Shown: positions 1 through 13,475, numbered from the whole stretch's first letter. The stretch: 62,264 nt of DNA, filler included, from Catajapyx aquilonaris (GCA_000934665.2; 4 parts of 4 records of this genome joined end to end with filler, not necessarily neighbours in it); one strand, 5' to 3'. Notes: generated by a model from the sequence alone, not told the origin. Numbers and translations: made by a program.

Positions 1-921
1 CTCGGCCCCCCAATGCTATGGTACCTCGAAACATCACGAGACTATAGAAATTTGTTGTGCACGTGGGGATGGGGAGGCAGTAGCTTTCATCCCATGCCCG
101 TAGCCCGCAAGGCCTGCTTCGAATGCAGAGTTAGCACCGCAAGCACTTCCCGATCCTTTAATCTCCCCACGTTAGGCTCCCTCCTTCCCCTCCTTCCCCT
201 ACCTTCCAGTTCTCCCTTCAAAGACGCCATATTGCATACGGAACGAGAGGACATAGCTAGTCAGGGGGTTATGGCAACGCATTTTGGGGGGTTCAAAATG
301 GAAGGGCGGGATGGAGGGGTGTATAAAGAAAAACACGTGGCGATTAGCTGACCACACGATAGTTTCAGGTGTTTGGGTAACGAATGGTCCACGCTTGTTC
401 AATGGACAAAGTTTGATGTGGGATTTTATCGAAAACTAGATCGATACTAGCATGCTATTAGTATCTGACTCTAACATCGGCAATTGTAATTATCGACATC
501 GAAAAATCAAGAATTTCATTTCCATTCCGATAATTTCGATAACGAAACAGAAATAGACAATATCGATGATGAAATAGAAATGGACAATGTCGAGAATAAA
601 ATCTAAATCGATAATATCGAAAGTAAAATCAAAATTGATAAAATCGAGACTTTCATCTCCATATCGATAATGTCAATAATAAATCGAAAACGAGATCGTA
701 AATAACAAGAAATTCATAATATCAAGAATAAATTCGCAATTATTAATATCAAAAATTTAATATCAATGGATCGACGTAAACCTATAAGACTGTAAGACAT
801 GCGATGAGAAAGTCTAAAATTAATACATAAATACAGATACTATCCAAAATTCATACGAAAAATACGGACACTATCCAAAATTAATATCAAAAATATCGAT
901 AACATCAAGCATTATTATCAA

Positions 922-1308
922 AATATCGATAATGTAAATTATTAGTAAATATCGATAATATAAATTATTAGTAAATATCGATAATATAAATTATTAGTAA
1001 ATATCGATAATATAAATTATTAGTAAATATCGATAATATAAATTATTAGTAAATATCGATAATATAAATTATTAGTAAATATCGATAATATAAATTATTA
1101 GTAAATATCGATAATATAAATTATTAGTAAATATCGATAATATAAATTGTTAGTTAATACCGTATCGATAATATAAATTGCTAGTTAATACCGTATCGAT
1201 AATATAAATTATTAGTAAAATATCGATAATATAAATTATTAGTAAAATATCGATAATATAAATTATTAGTAAAATATCGATAATATAAATGTCAAAATAT
1301 CGATAATA
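922..1308. repeat. 26-bp AT-rich minisatellite (AATATCGATAATATAAATTATTAGTA)n, about 14 copies
   Basis: Direct tandem copies are visible; a degenerate ATCGAT-rich halo extends upstream to ~430. Confidence 0.95.
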
Positions 1309-2036
1309 TCAACATCAAACCGTTTTAAAAATTGCACCGGATTATCAGCGGAGTTGCCAGATCCATCAACAAGATGCCACCTTTTTGAAGTAACAGAGCT
1401 TCCAACTACACAGAGGAAGTACGAATGACAATTCGAGGCGGTGATTGAACTCGAGGTTTTCTTGAACCGCTCGACTCTAATTATTCAGGCAAAAGTCGGG
1501 CCCCACGAAAAACTTAAAGTTCCCTTGGCTCCCTCCGACGTTAATTACTTGAACGCAGGTTGTTTCCACACGGCCGGTGTTTCATTTCGGCATTTGCAGT
1601 GTGAAGTTCCGGCGGTTTTTACCCCCTCCTCTCCCTCCACCACACTTTTTTTTTCACCCTCAGGGTGGAAAATTTACCCCCGGAAGAAGAAACTTGTGGC
1701 TCATTTATACCCTGTCTCTCTCTCTCTATGTAGTTTTCGAACACTCCAAAAGCGCTCTTTTAGAAAGCGATGCGAATTAATCGCACTTCGAGTCTTTTGG
1801 CGCGGAAATTTCAACGAGGCCTAACCAATGGTGTAATAGCAGTTCTTTTTACTTTAGACGTTATTTCATTCCAGGTTTTTCATGAAAATAATCCACATTA
1901 CATGTTGTGACAGCTAATATTGTGATAACTCCTAGCAGTAACTGCATAAAATAGCTTCCTGTTATAAAAAGCTGCTAGGGAAACTAAAGCTCTTAATGTA
2001 AAAAAAAATCGGTGAAAATTACTGTAGCCAAGTGAT

Positions 2037-2142
2037 GTACTATATCGCTCAAAAAGATAGAGACGATTTTGCATTTGACTCAAGTGCAACTTGCACTTGA
2101 ATCAAATGCCAATCGTCTCTATCTTTTTGAGCGATATAGTAC
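2037..2142. mobile_element. Small palindromic (foldback) MITE-like element
   Basis: GTACTATATCGCTCAAAAAGATAGAGACGA...TCGTCTCTATCTTTTTGAGCGATATAGTAC with ~53-bp arms and a 1-nt loop; TA at both ends; a degenerate relative lies near 4190-4268. Confidence 0.75.
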
Positions 2143-2929
2143 GTAATGTAAAATAATGGAACACGAATATTAATATTACACGAATTAATTATATTAATAT
2201 TAATGCCAAACGCAGAATTATTATGAGAAATTCGAAGAATATAAAATGTTATATAATAGAGAATATTATTAAATAAATATTATAACATATTTCCATGTAC
2301 TGTAATGAAATAAATAAACATCATCAAATAAATATCACGTATGATATTTGTTGATTTTATATCAGTTATTCTATAGAATGATAAATAAAATTGATATAAA
2401 ATCAAAAAATTTTACAACATGAACACCACAAAACACGAATAACTTAAAATACGGTATTGCAAAAATAAACAAAAAATAAAATTTACACAATACATAAAAT
2501 AAAATTCACGAAATAAATGCATGAAATAAGGTGTTGATATTATAAAATAAATACATGAAATAAGTTGTTGATATTATAAAATACAAATTAAATACCGTAA
2601 TACGTATAAGTATAGTACCATATACCTTAATTAATATTAACTATGAGATTATTCATATTATATTCATAAATGCAGGTGAAGAGTATAACCGGTTTTTCTG
2701 ACGGAATGCGACGTTGTCAAACTCTCTCGTTGCACTTTTTCTTTCAGGTCAGGAGTACAATGACCTGTAAAAATGGCAACAGTGTTTACTAGAGTAAATC
2801 TGGCACAACAGGCCCTGCAGTTTGGTACCCTGCATACAACCTGGTTCACTTTCGCAAGCTTCACTGCCATTTCCATTTTTGCGCCAACTTTGGGTGCGGC
2901 TTCCTGCCCAACCTCCCCCTCCCCTCCTC

Positions 2930-2978
2930 NNNNNNNNNNNNNNNNNNNNNNNNNNNNNNNNNNNNNNNNNNNNNNNNN
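2930..2978. other. Intra-scaffold assembly gap (49 N) at a poly-C tract
   Basis: N run flanked by C-rich sequence; it lacks the TTAATTAATTAA spacer. Confidence 0.95.
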
Positions 2979-3284
2979 CCCCCCCCCCTCTCCCCAGACT
3001 TTGCGAAACTTTGCCACAAAGTCCAGCCCCGGTGGCAGTAGCTAGGGCGACATTCTGGTTTTCTCTTGTCCCACCTGCCCGTCATCATTCGCAACATCTG
3101 GCCAGTTGCAAAAAAAAGTGGGGGACACAGAGAGGTCGTGTCACCCATTTCGCATAAAAATTTGCACAAAAAATTCTGCAAGAGAGGACTTGTCTTCGTT
3201 ATCTGGTCCGTGCTCCTCTTAGGTCAACACCCACGTTTTACTTACGCCTGGATTAAAATCGCTGTAATTCCAACCCTGCCAGAG

Positions 3285-4155
3285 TTACTCCAGTGTAGGT
3301 GACCTCATGTGGGGCAAGTTACTCTCGCAATTTGAACCAGTACAACTTGCTCCGGGGTAACTTAATCCGGCTGATAACAACCAAAGGTGGTAAGGACTGG
3401 CTGATGACGGCCAAATGGGGTAACTTCCGGAGCAAATTGAAACAGCACAACTTACTCCAGGGGTAACTTACCCCAGATGATAACAGCCAAAGGGGGTAAG
3501 TAATTACCTTCATAGAAATTTGAACCAGCACAACCTACTCCGGAGTAGGTTACACCAGAGGGTATGTAATTATTTCGGAGCAGTTTGAGCCACCACAACT
3601 TACACCGGGGTAACATACCATAGCTGGTAACGCCCAAATGGCGTAAATCTTACGCGCGGAGAAATTTGAAGCAAAACAACTTGCTCTGGGGCAACTTACA
3701 CCAGCTGATAACGACCATTGGCGGTAAGTAGTTATATAGTAATTTTAATCAGCACAACTTACTCCGTAGTATCTTACACTAGCTGGTATCAACTAAAGGG
3801 GGGAAGTAGTTACTCCCGAAGCAATTTTTTGAACCACCATAATTTGCTCCGGTGTATCTTGCTCCAGATGATAAAGACAAACGATGGTAAGTAGTTACTC
3901 CGGGGCAATTTGAACCAATAAAACTTGCTCCATCTGATGATGACCATAGAGCGTAACTACAGTAGTTACCTTCATAGCAAATTTCAACCAACAAAACTTA
4001 CTCCGGAATAGCTTACAGTAGCTTACAACGACCTAATGGGGGTAAGTACTTACCCTCGGAGAAATTTAAACAACCAGAATTTTCTCCAGGGTAACTTACT
4101 CCAGCCAAATAGGGCGGAAGAATTTGAACCAGTACAACTTGCTCCGGAGTAATTT
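3285..4155. repeat. Degenerate ~80-bp tandem repeat (AATTTGAACCAGCACAACTTACTCCGGGGTAACTTA...GGTAAGTAGTTAC)
   Basis: The motif AATTTGAACC...AACTTRCTCCGG recurs about 10-11 times. Confidence 0.85.
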
Positions 4156-5099
4156 GAGAAATATGTTACTCGATCGTAACATTTGTTCCATGGATCGAGA
4201 CATTAGAGAGGATTTTGCACTAAAACCAAATGCAACATCGTCTCAATCTTTTTTTGAGCGATATTACGTCACCAAATGGGTGCGTTTTTGTTCTCAATCG
4301 TTGATGACGTTACAGATAATTTCCTAACGGTGACGTCACACTTTCGAAAATATGCGCCTCATGACTTCCACTCGAGCAATTTCCACGTTAAACCCATGCC
4401 CAATCTAATCCAGCGTCTCATTGCAAGTACTAATGAATAACAGCAGCAACATGGCCGACACTTGAAGGCCCCGCCTAACTAATTTGCCTGGGAAGCATCA
4501 CCACCTTCCTTCCGTCCTTCCTGCAGCCATTAGGAACAGTGACATTATTGCCTTCATTCCTGGGAATGAAGACGCCTCCCCTTGAATTATACCATGTCTG
4601 TCCTATTCTTGCAAGAATACTCCTCTTCCAACATTGTTGTGTATATGAGCCCACTTGGGGCCGGTCCAAATGGATGGGAAATTCGGGGAATCTCATATCC
4701 ACGCTTGTTCCGGCTGAAACTTATTAGGCCTGAAGTATTCCGGCTGAGTCCGACGGGAATTAAGGCGCGAAAGACTGTCTTGTTCCTGTTCATAACATGG
4801 GGGGAAGGGGGGGGGGGGAGTTGTCACCAGATGGAGCGGGCTTAATTGTCAGGTTTGTTTTCAAGCCTCTAGAGGAGCTGATGTCAAGGAAGAAGCTAAT
4901 TGGTCGGCACATGGGAGCCGCCATGTTACTGCCAATTACTGTGGGCATACGGTAATTAAGTATCGAAAAAAATTGTCATCCTTGTGGTCATCATAGATCG
5001 ACAATTTTTCTGAGAATAACTGTTACATTTACCTAAAGTGTCATGTGGTTTTCCTCCATATGGTGTTACCAAATGTCAATAAGGTTAGCTGCCAGTGAA

Positions 5100-5938
5100 T
5101 TTCTATTTGAAAGTAGCAATGAAAATATCATCTACTCCTAAGCGTTATTTTACTAAGATACCTCTGTTACAATTAAATATGTTCTTCAACGTTATTTTGC
5201 TAAGAATTTGACGGCTACAAGAAATTAGCTGCTCTTGAACTAACAGATACTCTTAACTGATATTTTAAAAATATAAGTTGAAAATAGCAGTTCTCGAATA
5301 ACAGCTAAGAGTGTGAGCGCCATTTTCTAAAAAATGGGACAGTTACAAGTAGCAGTTTTAAATAACAACTATCAGGTATACTTAGCGCTATTTTCAGAAC
5401 GTGACAGTTGTAAAGTAGCATTTCTTGTATAATAACTAAACTGCTAATAGTTATTTAATAAGATGTGACAGTTGTAAAGTAGCAGTGATAAATTACCACT
5501 CCTCTTAAGCGTTCTTTTATTGTAATACCCGCGCATTAATGTTGCAAATAGTTTACTTGAATAAGAGCAATTTTAAACGCTATTTTGATGACCGGGCATT
5601 TGAAAAGTAGCAGTAGTTCAATAACAGCTACTCTTAAGAGCTTTTATGTAATAATTAGACGGTTTCAAAAAATAACAGTACATAACAGCAGCTTCTCTTA
5701 CGCGATATCTTCAGTAATGCGACGGCTGGAAAATAGCTTCTCTACAGTAACGGCTACTCCTAAGAGTTATTGCTCGAATAACGTGACCCTTCCACATTGT
5801 TTTGATGGTTGCAAGTATCATTTTTAAATAACAGCTACTCTTAAACGTTACTTTCAAGGCTGTTGATGGGAAAGTAGCAGGTTTTCAATATCAGCTGCTC
5901 TTAAGTGTTATTTTGAAGAATGTGAGGTTGATGTATAG
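5100..5938. repeat. Degenerate ~60-66-bp satellite (GTAGCAGTTCTTGAATAACAGCTACTCTTAAGCGTTATTTT...), block 1
   Basis: TAGCAG...AATAACAGCTAC...GTTATTTT recurs regularly. Confidence 0.85.
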
Positions 5939-6159
5939 CAGTGGTTTACAACCTGTGGGTGGCAACCCCCAATTGGGTCGCGAAGCCTTTCCGGGGGGTC
6001 ACGCGGGACCGCAGTTATTTTAGTAAATTTTAAAAATAAACAATATAAATTTTAAAGGAAATTTTCAACTCCTACTATCACTCGTGGGGGGGGGGGGGGT
6101 CGCAGGTCACTTGACTATCATAAAAGGGGTCGCGACCCGAAAAAGGTTGGGAACCACTG
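5939..6159. mobile_element. hAT (Charlie-like) MITE
   Basis: TIRs CAGTGGTTTACAACCT / AGGTTGGGAACCACTG; 8-bp TSD ATGTATAG (5931-5938) / ATGTGTAG (6160-6167); inserted at the end of a satellite block. Confidence 0.85.
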
Positions 6160-6450
6160 ATGTGTAGCATCCAGTTAACTGTTCCTGCGACTGGAAATAT
6201 CCCTTACATTTCGACTAATAGCTATTTTAGTCGCCATTTTGGCTCCTCGTGAGGGACTGTTTTAACTGCTGTTGATTTGCTGATAACGTGACATTTTCAC
6301 AATTTCTTAAGTATTTCCTGACCATAATATCACCCAAAATGCTTCCACTACCCTCCGTGTCCCCAACCAAAGCGACCTACTGCGCAAAACAAACTAGATT
6401 GGCCATTCATAACCTCCCGCACCAGCGCTCCATCTATTAAATCACCATCG

Positions 6451-6650
6451 TCAGTTAGATGAGCAAATAATGAACGACCCGCCATCTTCCTGCCAAGACT
6501 TACGAGGCCGTTGATTCCGACAACCCCCCTTCTCCAAAGTTTCCAATAAACTCCAGAAGATCACGGGTGTGAAAGTTATCGGAAGTATGACGTCAGAAAG
6601 TGCGACCGTAAGCAATATTGGTAACCTTCTAGAACCCCCATCATTGGTGT
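6451..6650 (-). CDS. Candidate terminal exon of the DIP/lachesin-like gene, with a hydrophobic membrane/GPI-signal-like segment
   Basis: Minus-strand acceptor CTTTCCCCTTTCCCAG|AC is phase-1 compatible with the upstream exon; reads (D)TNDGGSRRLPILLTVALSDVILPITFTPVIFWSLLETLEK...stop. Confidence 0.4.
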
Positions 6651-7359
6651 CTGGGAAAGGGGAAAGCTTTAGCCTGCAGAATTTAATGCTCCACAGTTTT
6701 CTCCCTGGCCACAATTTTCGGTGTGGATCACCGCTCCTCCGGCCGTTTAGAACCCAAGTGGGCCGTGCGAACGTGGCCCAAATACAAAGAGATGGGGCTT
6801 GCCGTCGACCAACCCTGGAGAAGACTTCAATCCGGTACCGCGGTACATCATGAATCCAACACGGCTCGTTAAGGCCTCAAAAGTGGTGTCCCGGGGAGAG
6901 AAAACTGCGTGCCATTAGTCCGGGTAATTTCGGACGGTTCCGGCCAATTTCGGCTGGGCCAATGCGGGATGAATACGCAAGATGGTCCAAATTACCCGAC
7001 AGACTTATGAATAGTGCAGATGCCATGTCAACTATAGGCGGCCATGACACTTTAGGGCACATGTTGGCATAATTTATATGTCCGGGGTGAGTCATCACCA
7101 TCGAATTGATGGCGAAACCTCTCTCTGAATGCACGCCTGCCACTCTCAGGGTCAGGCGAGGGATAGTGAGACTACGTGGACCTGTCTTAGTCGCCCCGGA
7201 CAAACATTGCCGATTAATAGCGCTATTTTTTATAGAAATTTAGCTGTTTTGCTACTTAGCTCATTATGTCATGTTAGTTAAAATCATTGCGTAACATACG
7301 GAGGCCTTCACAGGTTAGGGTTAGATAATGAGGTTAGGTTAGGCTAGTTTACGTTACAA

Positions 7360-8222
7360 CATAGTAGCAGTTCTTGAATAACTACTAGTCCTGAACGTTA
7401 TTTTGCCTCAATATGACGGTTACAACAAACTAGCACTACTTAACGTTTATTTCTAAGCGCCATTTTGCCTGAATGTGACTTACAAACGTAGAAAAATATT
7501 TGAATAACAGAGTTATTCCAAAGGGCTATTTTGCCAAAATGTTACGGTTGTACCAAAGTAGCATTTCTTGAATAACAGCTCGTCCTGAACGTTATTTTGA
7601 CTCAATATGCCGGTCACAACAACCTAGCAATTCTTAACATCTACTAAGAGTTATTTTGCCAGAATGTGGCTGTTACAAACGTAGCAGTTATTAAATAACA
7701 GCTACCCCGGAGCGTTATTTTACGAAAATATTACGGTTGTAATGAGTATCAGTTGTAAAAAATAACAGCTAGTCCCAAGCGTTGCATTGCCAAGATTGTG
7801 CCTGTCACAACATAGCAGTTATTGAATAACACCTACCCATCAGGGTTATTTTGTCAAAATGTTACGGTTGCAACAAAGTAGCAGTTATTGAATAACACCT
7901 ACCATAAGGGCTATTTTGCCAAAATGTCAGGGTTGCAACGCAACAACAGGTTTGGAATAACAGACAGTCCCAAGCGCTATTTTGCCAAGAATGAGACTGT
8001 CACAACATGTAGCAGTTATTGAATAACACCTACCCATAATGGTTATTTTATTTAAAAATCCTGTAATAGCAACAAAGCAGCAGTTCTGGAATAGCAGCTA
8101 GTCCCAAGCGTTATTTTGTCTAAATGTGAGGATTGCAACGTAGCAGTTATTGAATAACAGGTATCCATACGGGTTATTTTGACAAAATTTGACGGTTACC
8201 ACAAAATAGCAGCTTTGGAATA
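7360..8222. repeat. Degenerate ~64-bp satellite, block 2 (same family as 5100-5938)
   Basis: TAGCA-like motif at ~7558, 7624, 7681, 7746, 7812, 7878 and onward. Confidence 0.9.
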
Positions 8223-8641
8223 TGTTAACAGTCACTTGGTCATCGCGTTTTAATTAAATGGTTTACGAAAATTTAGTGCAATTTATTCTAAGGTTTTATT
8301 GGACCCGGTACAGCTTGACACTGCCCTGAACTAACTCGTAATCGCTTCGAAACTGGTGGGCTCCACTCGAGGTCCGGAATACACAATGTGTACTTAGGAA
8401 AAGTACCGACGATGAATAGTCCGTCAAGGCCACGCCTTTTCCTTCAATTTTCCCAGGCACGTTTGGGAACCCCCTGGTCAATTGAGCAGTTTTTAAGCGG
8501 AATTTGCAGGAACCAATCGGACTAAAACGGTGCAATTACTGGAAGTACCTGAGCAACTCTAATTGTACAGGACATGCAGCGAAGCATCAGCATTGCCACA
8601 ATTACGTGCAATACACAGACTGGAGATTGGCAGGTACTGAC

Positions 8642-8809
8642 CTGAGGACTCCTGAGAATTGGGTGGGTGTGGCACCTTGTCCGGCGAGACGTCGTTGTCG
8701 AGGAAGACGTCGCTCTCTTCTCTTTTGGCCAGCTCGTCGGCCTTGTTCGTCGTCCTGCTGGAAGAACTGTCTCCGCTGTTCCGACTGGAGTTCCGGCTAG
8801 GTAATGCTT
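8642..8809 (-). CDS. Internal exon of the DIP/lachesin-like gene (Ser-rich stalk after the last Ig domain)
   Basis: Acceptor TTGATCTTCCTTCTAG|AA and donor TCAG|GTCAGT; 168 bp, phase 1-1. Joined to the Ig exon it reads GSIRLY-E-ALPSRNSSRNSGDSSSS...QESS, restoring the family-typical IRLYE. Confidence 0.7.
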
Positions 8810-8829
8810 CTAGAAGGAAGATCAAAGCC

Positions 8830-9690
8830 GGTTAGGTTAGGGTAAGTCCGAACATGACGCAAGTACGAACATGGGATAATTCTAAATACGAAGGCAGTAC
8901 GAAGTTTAGGTGAGGTAAGGTTAGGGTTAGATGAGGTTAGGGTTAGGTCAGGTTAGGGTATGTCCGAACATGAGGCAAGTCCGAACAAGGGGTAAGTCTA
9001 ATCGCGGGGCAAGTACGAAGTTTAGGAGAGGTAAGGTTAGGGTTAGATGAGGTGAGGTGAGCTTAGGTTAGGATATGTCCGAACATAAGGCAAGTCCGAA
9101 CAAGGGGTAAGTCTAATCGCGGGGCAAGTACAAAGGTTAGGTTAGATTAGGGTTAGGTGAGGCGAGGTTAGGTTAGGTTAATGTTAGGCGAGGTGAGGTT
9201 AGAGTAAGGTAGTCCGAACATATGCAAGCCCGAACATGGGGTATGTCTAAACATGGGGCAAGTAAGCTGTATGGATTTTCGTAAAGGCCAGTCCGGATAT
9301 AGTAGACCTTTTAACAGGTGCACTTCGGATATAGTAGACCCGAGTCCCCCGCCAGATGATTCCTGACGTTATTTTAACGACTTTTACGCCAAAGTTACGT
9401 TAAAAGTCGTTAACATAACGTCAGGAATCATCTGGCGTGGGACTCGGGTCTACTATATCCGAAGTGTGTCCGTAAAAAGGTTTACTATATCCGGACTGGC
9501 CTTTAACTCCGAAAATCCATATTACTCAATACGAAGGTTAGGTTAGTTAGAGTTAGGCGAGGTGAGGTTATAGACTGTTAGAGTAAGGTAAGTCCGAACA
9601 TGGGGTAAGTCCAAACATGGGCAAGTACGCACGTTAGGCGAGGTAAGGTTAAGGTTAGATAATGAGGTAAGGTTAGGGCTAGTTTAGGGA
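8830..9690. repeat. Mosaic of TTAGG/GGTTAG telomere-like repeats and 17-bp GTCCGAACATGGGGCAA units
   Basis: Runs of GGTTAGGTTAGG/GAGGTTAG alternate with AAGTCCGAACATG units. Confidence 0.85.
9270..9521. mobile_element. Palindromic MITE (~250 bp, nearly full-length hairpin)
   Basis: TATGGATTTTCG...GGCCAGTCCGGATATAGTAGACC pairs with GGTTTACTATATCCGGACTGGCC...CGAAAATCCATA; it interrupts the 17-bp/TTAGG repeat. Confidence 0.85.
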
Positions 9691-10234
9691 GCCAGGTTGG
9701 GTCAATGCTCATATTAGATTGGGTCATTCACACTGGCCAGACTAAAGTGAACCAGATTCAGACCTGGTTCAGTTTTGGCACATTATTCACAGCTATAGTT
9801 GGCAACATTGTATTCCCTTTAGGGATGAGGTTTTGGCAAGATCAATCTTGAAGGAAGGTTCCTACTTTGCTATATCCGGATTTCCTTCTCCTCCCCCTCC
9901 CCCTTCCTCCCTCCATCCCTCCCCTACCTCGCAAATTGACTTGCAAAATCTGAGCGAAACGCTGTTCTCTTATTAGCCTTCAAATGCTGAAGAGCCAAGT
10001 TCGCTCAGCCGTAGGCAAATCCCCCCTTTTCAAAAGCGTGTCTTTGCCGTGTGATTGTTAGTCTGATACATTGCGGTTCAGTCAGAGGTTGCTAGCGAGG
10101 TTGCTAGGGGAAAGCGGGACATAATTTTTAAGAAAGGGTCACGTGGCACTGGAAAGGGTTAGTGAAACGTCTATAACGTGTCAATAGCAAAACATTTATG
10201 CGGTTTATGAGAGAGATTGCAAAATTTTCCGAAG

Positions 10235-10550
10235 ACATGGGGCAAGTCCGAACACTGTCTAATTCCGAACCTGGGGCAATTATGATCGTTAGGTAAGTAC
10301 GAACACGGGGAGAATCTGAACATTGGGTTATTCCGAACATGGGGAAAGTCCGATCATGGGGTAATTGAAAACATTGGGTAATTGCGATCATGCGGAAGTC
10401 CGAATTTGGTAATTCTGAACGTAGGGCGATTCTGATCGTTAGATAAGTACGAACACGGGGAAAGTCTGAACATTGGGTTATTCCAAACATTGGGTAATTC
10501 CGGTCATGGGGGAAGTCCCAATTGGGTAATTATTCCGAATACAGGGCAAG
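10235..10550. repeat. Degenerate 17-bp minisatellite (GTCCGAACATTGGGTAA family)
   Basis: 17-bp periodicity; explains the repetitive ORF 10128-10490. Confidence 0.9.
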
Positions 10551-11254
10551 TGTGAGAACCGAACAAATCCGAGTTGATGCAATAGCATTCAACTACAATA
10601 AGTTCTCAACAGTCAGTTCAAAGGATTTGTGTTCTAGCAACATTCCCAAGAACGAATAGTATTACAATTAAACTTGTAAGTTGCGTGGGATTGGATCGAA
10701 TTGCATATTATGTCAGGTACTGTACAGGTAACAAGCCCCGAGGTTATTTTCGGGAGCTTTAGCACATAAACTTGACGGGCCCCCATTATTTTTTGGCGCA
10801 CGTACGCCACTTTGCACTAATGAATTCCATTCCACAGTATGCCCTCCAGTACTTGGTACTGTCTCCAACGCAGAGCGATGATAATTATTGAAACTATGCG
10901 CATTTCCCCCTTGAAAGCCGTACTGTGCATTGCGATATTGACATACCTGGCAGTGCAGTATAAATCAACACATGAGTCGTGTACGAAGCGGCTCTAACAA
11001 TATAATTATTACTATTCAAGAATAGTTCGCAACTTGATTAGCCCACTACAATATCTGGCTGCTACTTTTGTCGCAAATGCTCCTTAATTAATTAGAATTG
11101 GCTTGGGTCTGCGCCAGTATTGTCTGCGGTGAGTCATCACTCATCAGTATTGTGGAGAGTTTGAGGATGCGCCATCTATGTGAGACTCATGGTACAAAAT
11201 ATGTATGTTCAGCAACAATTTTACGATGTAGGAAAGAGAAGTATTGAAAAATTT

Positions 11255-11592
11255 GGGAAAGTCCGCACACTGGACAAGTCCGAACACTGGACAAGTCCGA
11301 ACATTGGGTAAGTCCGAACATTGGGTAAGTCCGAACATTGGGTAAGTCCGAACATTGGGTAAGTCCGAACATCGGGTAAGTCCGAACATTGGGTAAGTCC
11401 GAACATTGGGTAAGTCCGAACATCGGGTAAGTCCGAACATCGGGTAAGTCCGAACATTGGGTAAGTCCGAACATTGGGAAAGTCCGAACATTGGGCAAAT
11501 CCGAACACGGGACAAGTCTGAACATTGGGTAAGTTAGAACACGGGGTAAGTCCATTAGGTAAGACCGAACAACGGGCAAATCCTAACCTGGG
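11255..11592. repeat. 17-bp minisatellite (GTCCGAACATTGGGTAA)n, about 19-20 copies
   Basis: Near-perfect tandem array; all three minus frames translate to the same 17-aa repeat (3 x 17 bp). Confidence 0.97.
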
Positions 11593-12334
11593 AAGTGTTG
11601 CCAACAGTTGCAACGTCCAATAAAAACGGGCCCTAAACCGTTCCAGCAACTGATCAAATCGCCGTGTAAATCCGCATTAACCATAAGTCACCGTCACCTC
11701 CATAATTGCACCTAACTTTAAATGAGAAAAGAAATAGCTTATCCTCGCCTCTCTCCCTTCCCCCCACCTCCGAATGTATCGTATATCCTTCCCCCCCCCC
11801 CCCCCCCCCCCCCNCCCCCCCACCGGAGTAAAAGTTGGGTTCCGAATTGCTCCGTCTTTCGGCGACCGGTATGAGACAACTCCGGAGGTTTTGCGATTCT
11901 AATTTAGATTTACAGGGCGACTCCATGTTTTGTACGGAATTTATTATGGGAGTTAATCGGGCTTCTTTGGGGAAAAGCGGGCGCATTCATCTTTCGCCCC
12001 TTCCCCTCCCTCCAAAAAAAGAAGAAACTGTGAGGGAGGGGGAAGGGGGCAAAACGTCACGGAAAGAATCGTTTTCCGGTTTCCTACTTCCAAAGGGGGG
12101 GGAGGGGGGATAAACTTATGGAGAAATAAGATGATTGTTCATCCTGGCAAGCATTATAAATGAGATGCGATGCAATATTGTGCTTGAGGACTTTTAATCG
12201 AAATTGTTGCTTTATCTTTTAACTAATTTTCTATTAATATTGGCGTTCAGATTATTTTATTGTTTAAATTAGAGAGTTTCTTAATGCCCAAAAGAAATCA
12301 TTTAAATTATCACTTTATTAAAATAATTTATTTT

Positions 12335-12456
12335 ATTAAATTTAACATTTATCATTTTCCATTACAATAATTATATTAAATTTAACATTTATCATTTTCC
12401 ATTACAATAATTATATTAAATTTAACATTTATCGGGTTCCATTAAAATAATTATAT
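12335..12456. repeat. 40-bp AT-rich tandem repeat, 3 copies
   Basis: ATTAAATTTAACATTTATCATTTTCCATTACAATAATTAT repeated. Confidence 0.9.
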
Positions 12457-13475
12457 TTGTAACGTTTTTATCAGTTTCTATCAAAATAATTTAAATAATT
12501 TTCTTATCATATTTATTGTCGTTTTGTTTATTATTTTATTGCATTCATATAATCCCATTATAATTATTTTGTTTGTATTTATTATTTATTTAATTATATT
12601 TATTACTTATTATTGTGTGAAAGTATTATTTCATTACATAAAAATTATGTTAAGAGTAGGCTACGTATAAAATTTTGTGTTGATATAAATCATTTATATT
12701 AGTTTGAATAAAATTATTCCTTAATAATATTCTATTGGCTTATTAATTGGTTAATTAAAGATATTTAGATACAAATTTGCAACCGAATAGCACTTTTGCA
12801 ATTTATTGTTATTAGTAACAAGGTCCGATAAAAATAATTGCTGGCAAAATTATGTAGGTAGCTGGGGTGAACAATCCTCTTCGTTCCTTTCTACTCCGGA
12901 TAGTCCGGTCCACTTGTTCCTCCCTACCCAGAGTTTTTTGAAACGGGCCCGGATTTATGACGGTGGGAGGGTAGGTCATAAGTGGAGCGTGATTGATTGA
13001 CTGCATCATGCGCAATAACTCTTCTAATTGCCCCTTCACTCTTAAACGTCAGGGTAGGGTTAGAGGCGCCCTCCTGTATTACGCATAAAAAAATTTGCAC
13101 ACGTGTTGCGAATTCCGGATGAGAAATGATGGTTTCGGGTGCAGCCTTTGGCACTCTGTTTTTTTATGGCTGAAAAAGGCTTGACGGTGGCAGGAATGCG
13201 CCGAAAACAGCGACAGGAACAAGCCCTCAGATAAGGTTATTTCTTTAAAAATATCATTTGGTGTAAACAATATTATGTGTAAAATTTTTCCATATTTAAA
13301 AAAGCAAATAAATACTGTTATAAGAAATAAAACAAATATGTGATATAAAAACAAATTTAAAAACAATACAGTCATTAATTTGGAAAATTATTCCTCAACA
13401 TAATGAATATAAAATTTTTCCCAAATTAAATCAGTTGTATGTACAAATTTATGAATGAACTTATGACATTATTCA

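Noticed and set aside
8830..9690. True telomere
   Set aside because: TTAGG units are degenerate, internal, interleaved with another repeat and located in an intron.
11144..11649. Three overlapping 123-142 aa ORFs with Cys/Pro repeats; also a superficial CRISPR-like look
   Set aside because: A 17-bp tandem repeat read in three frames. There are no unique spacers and no cas genes.
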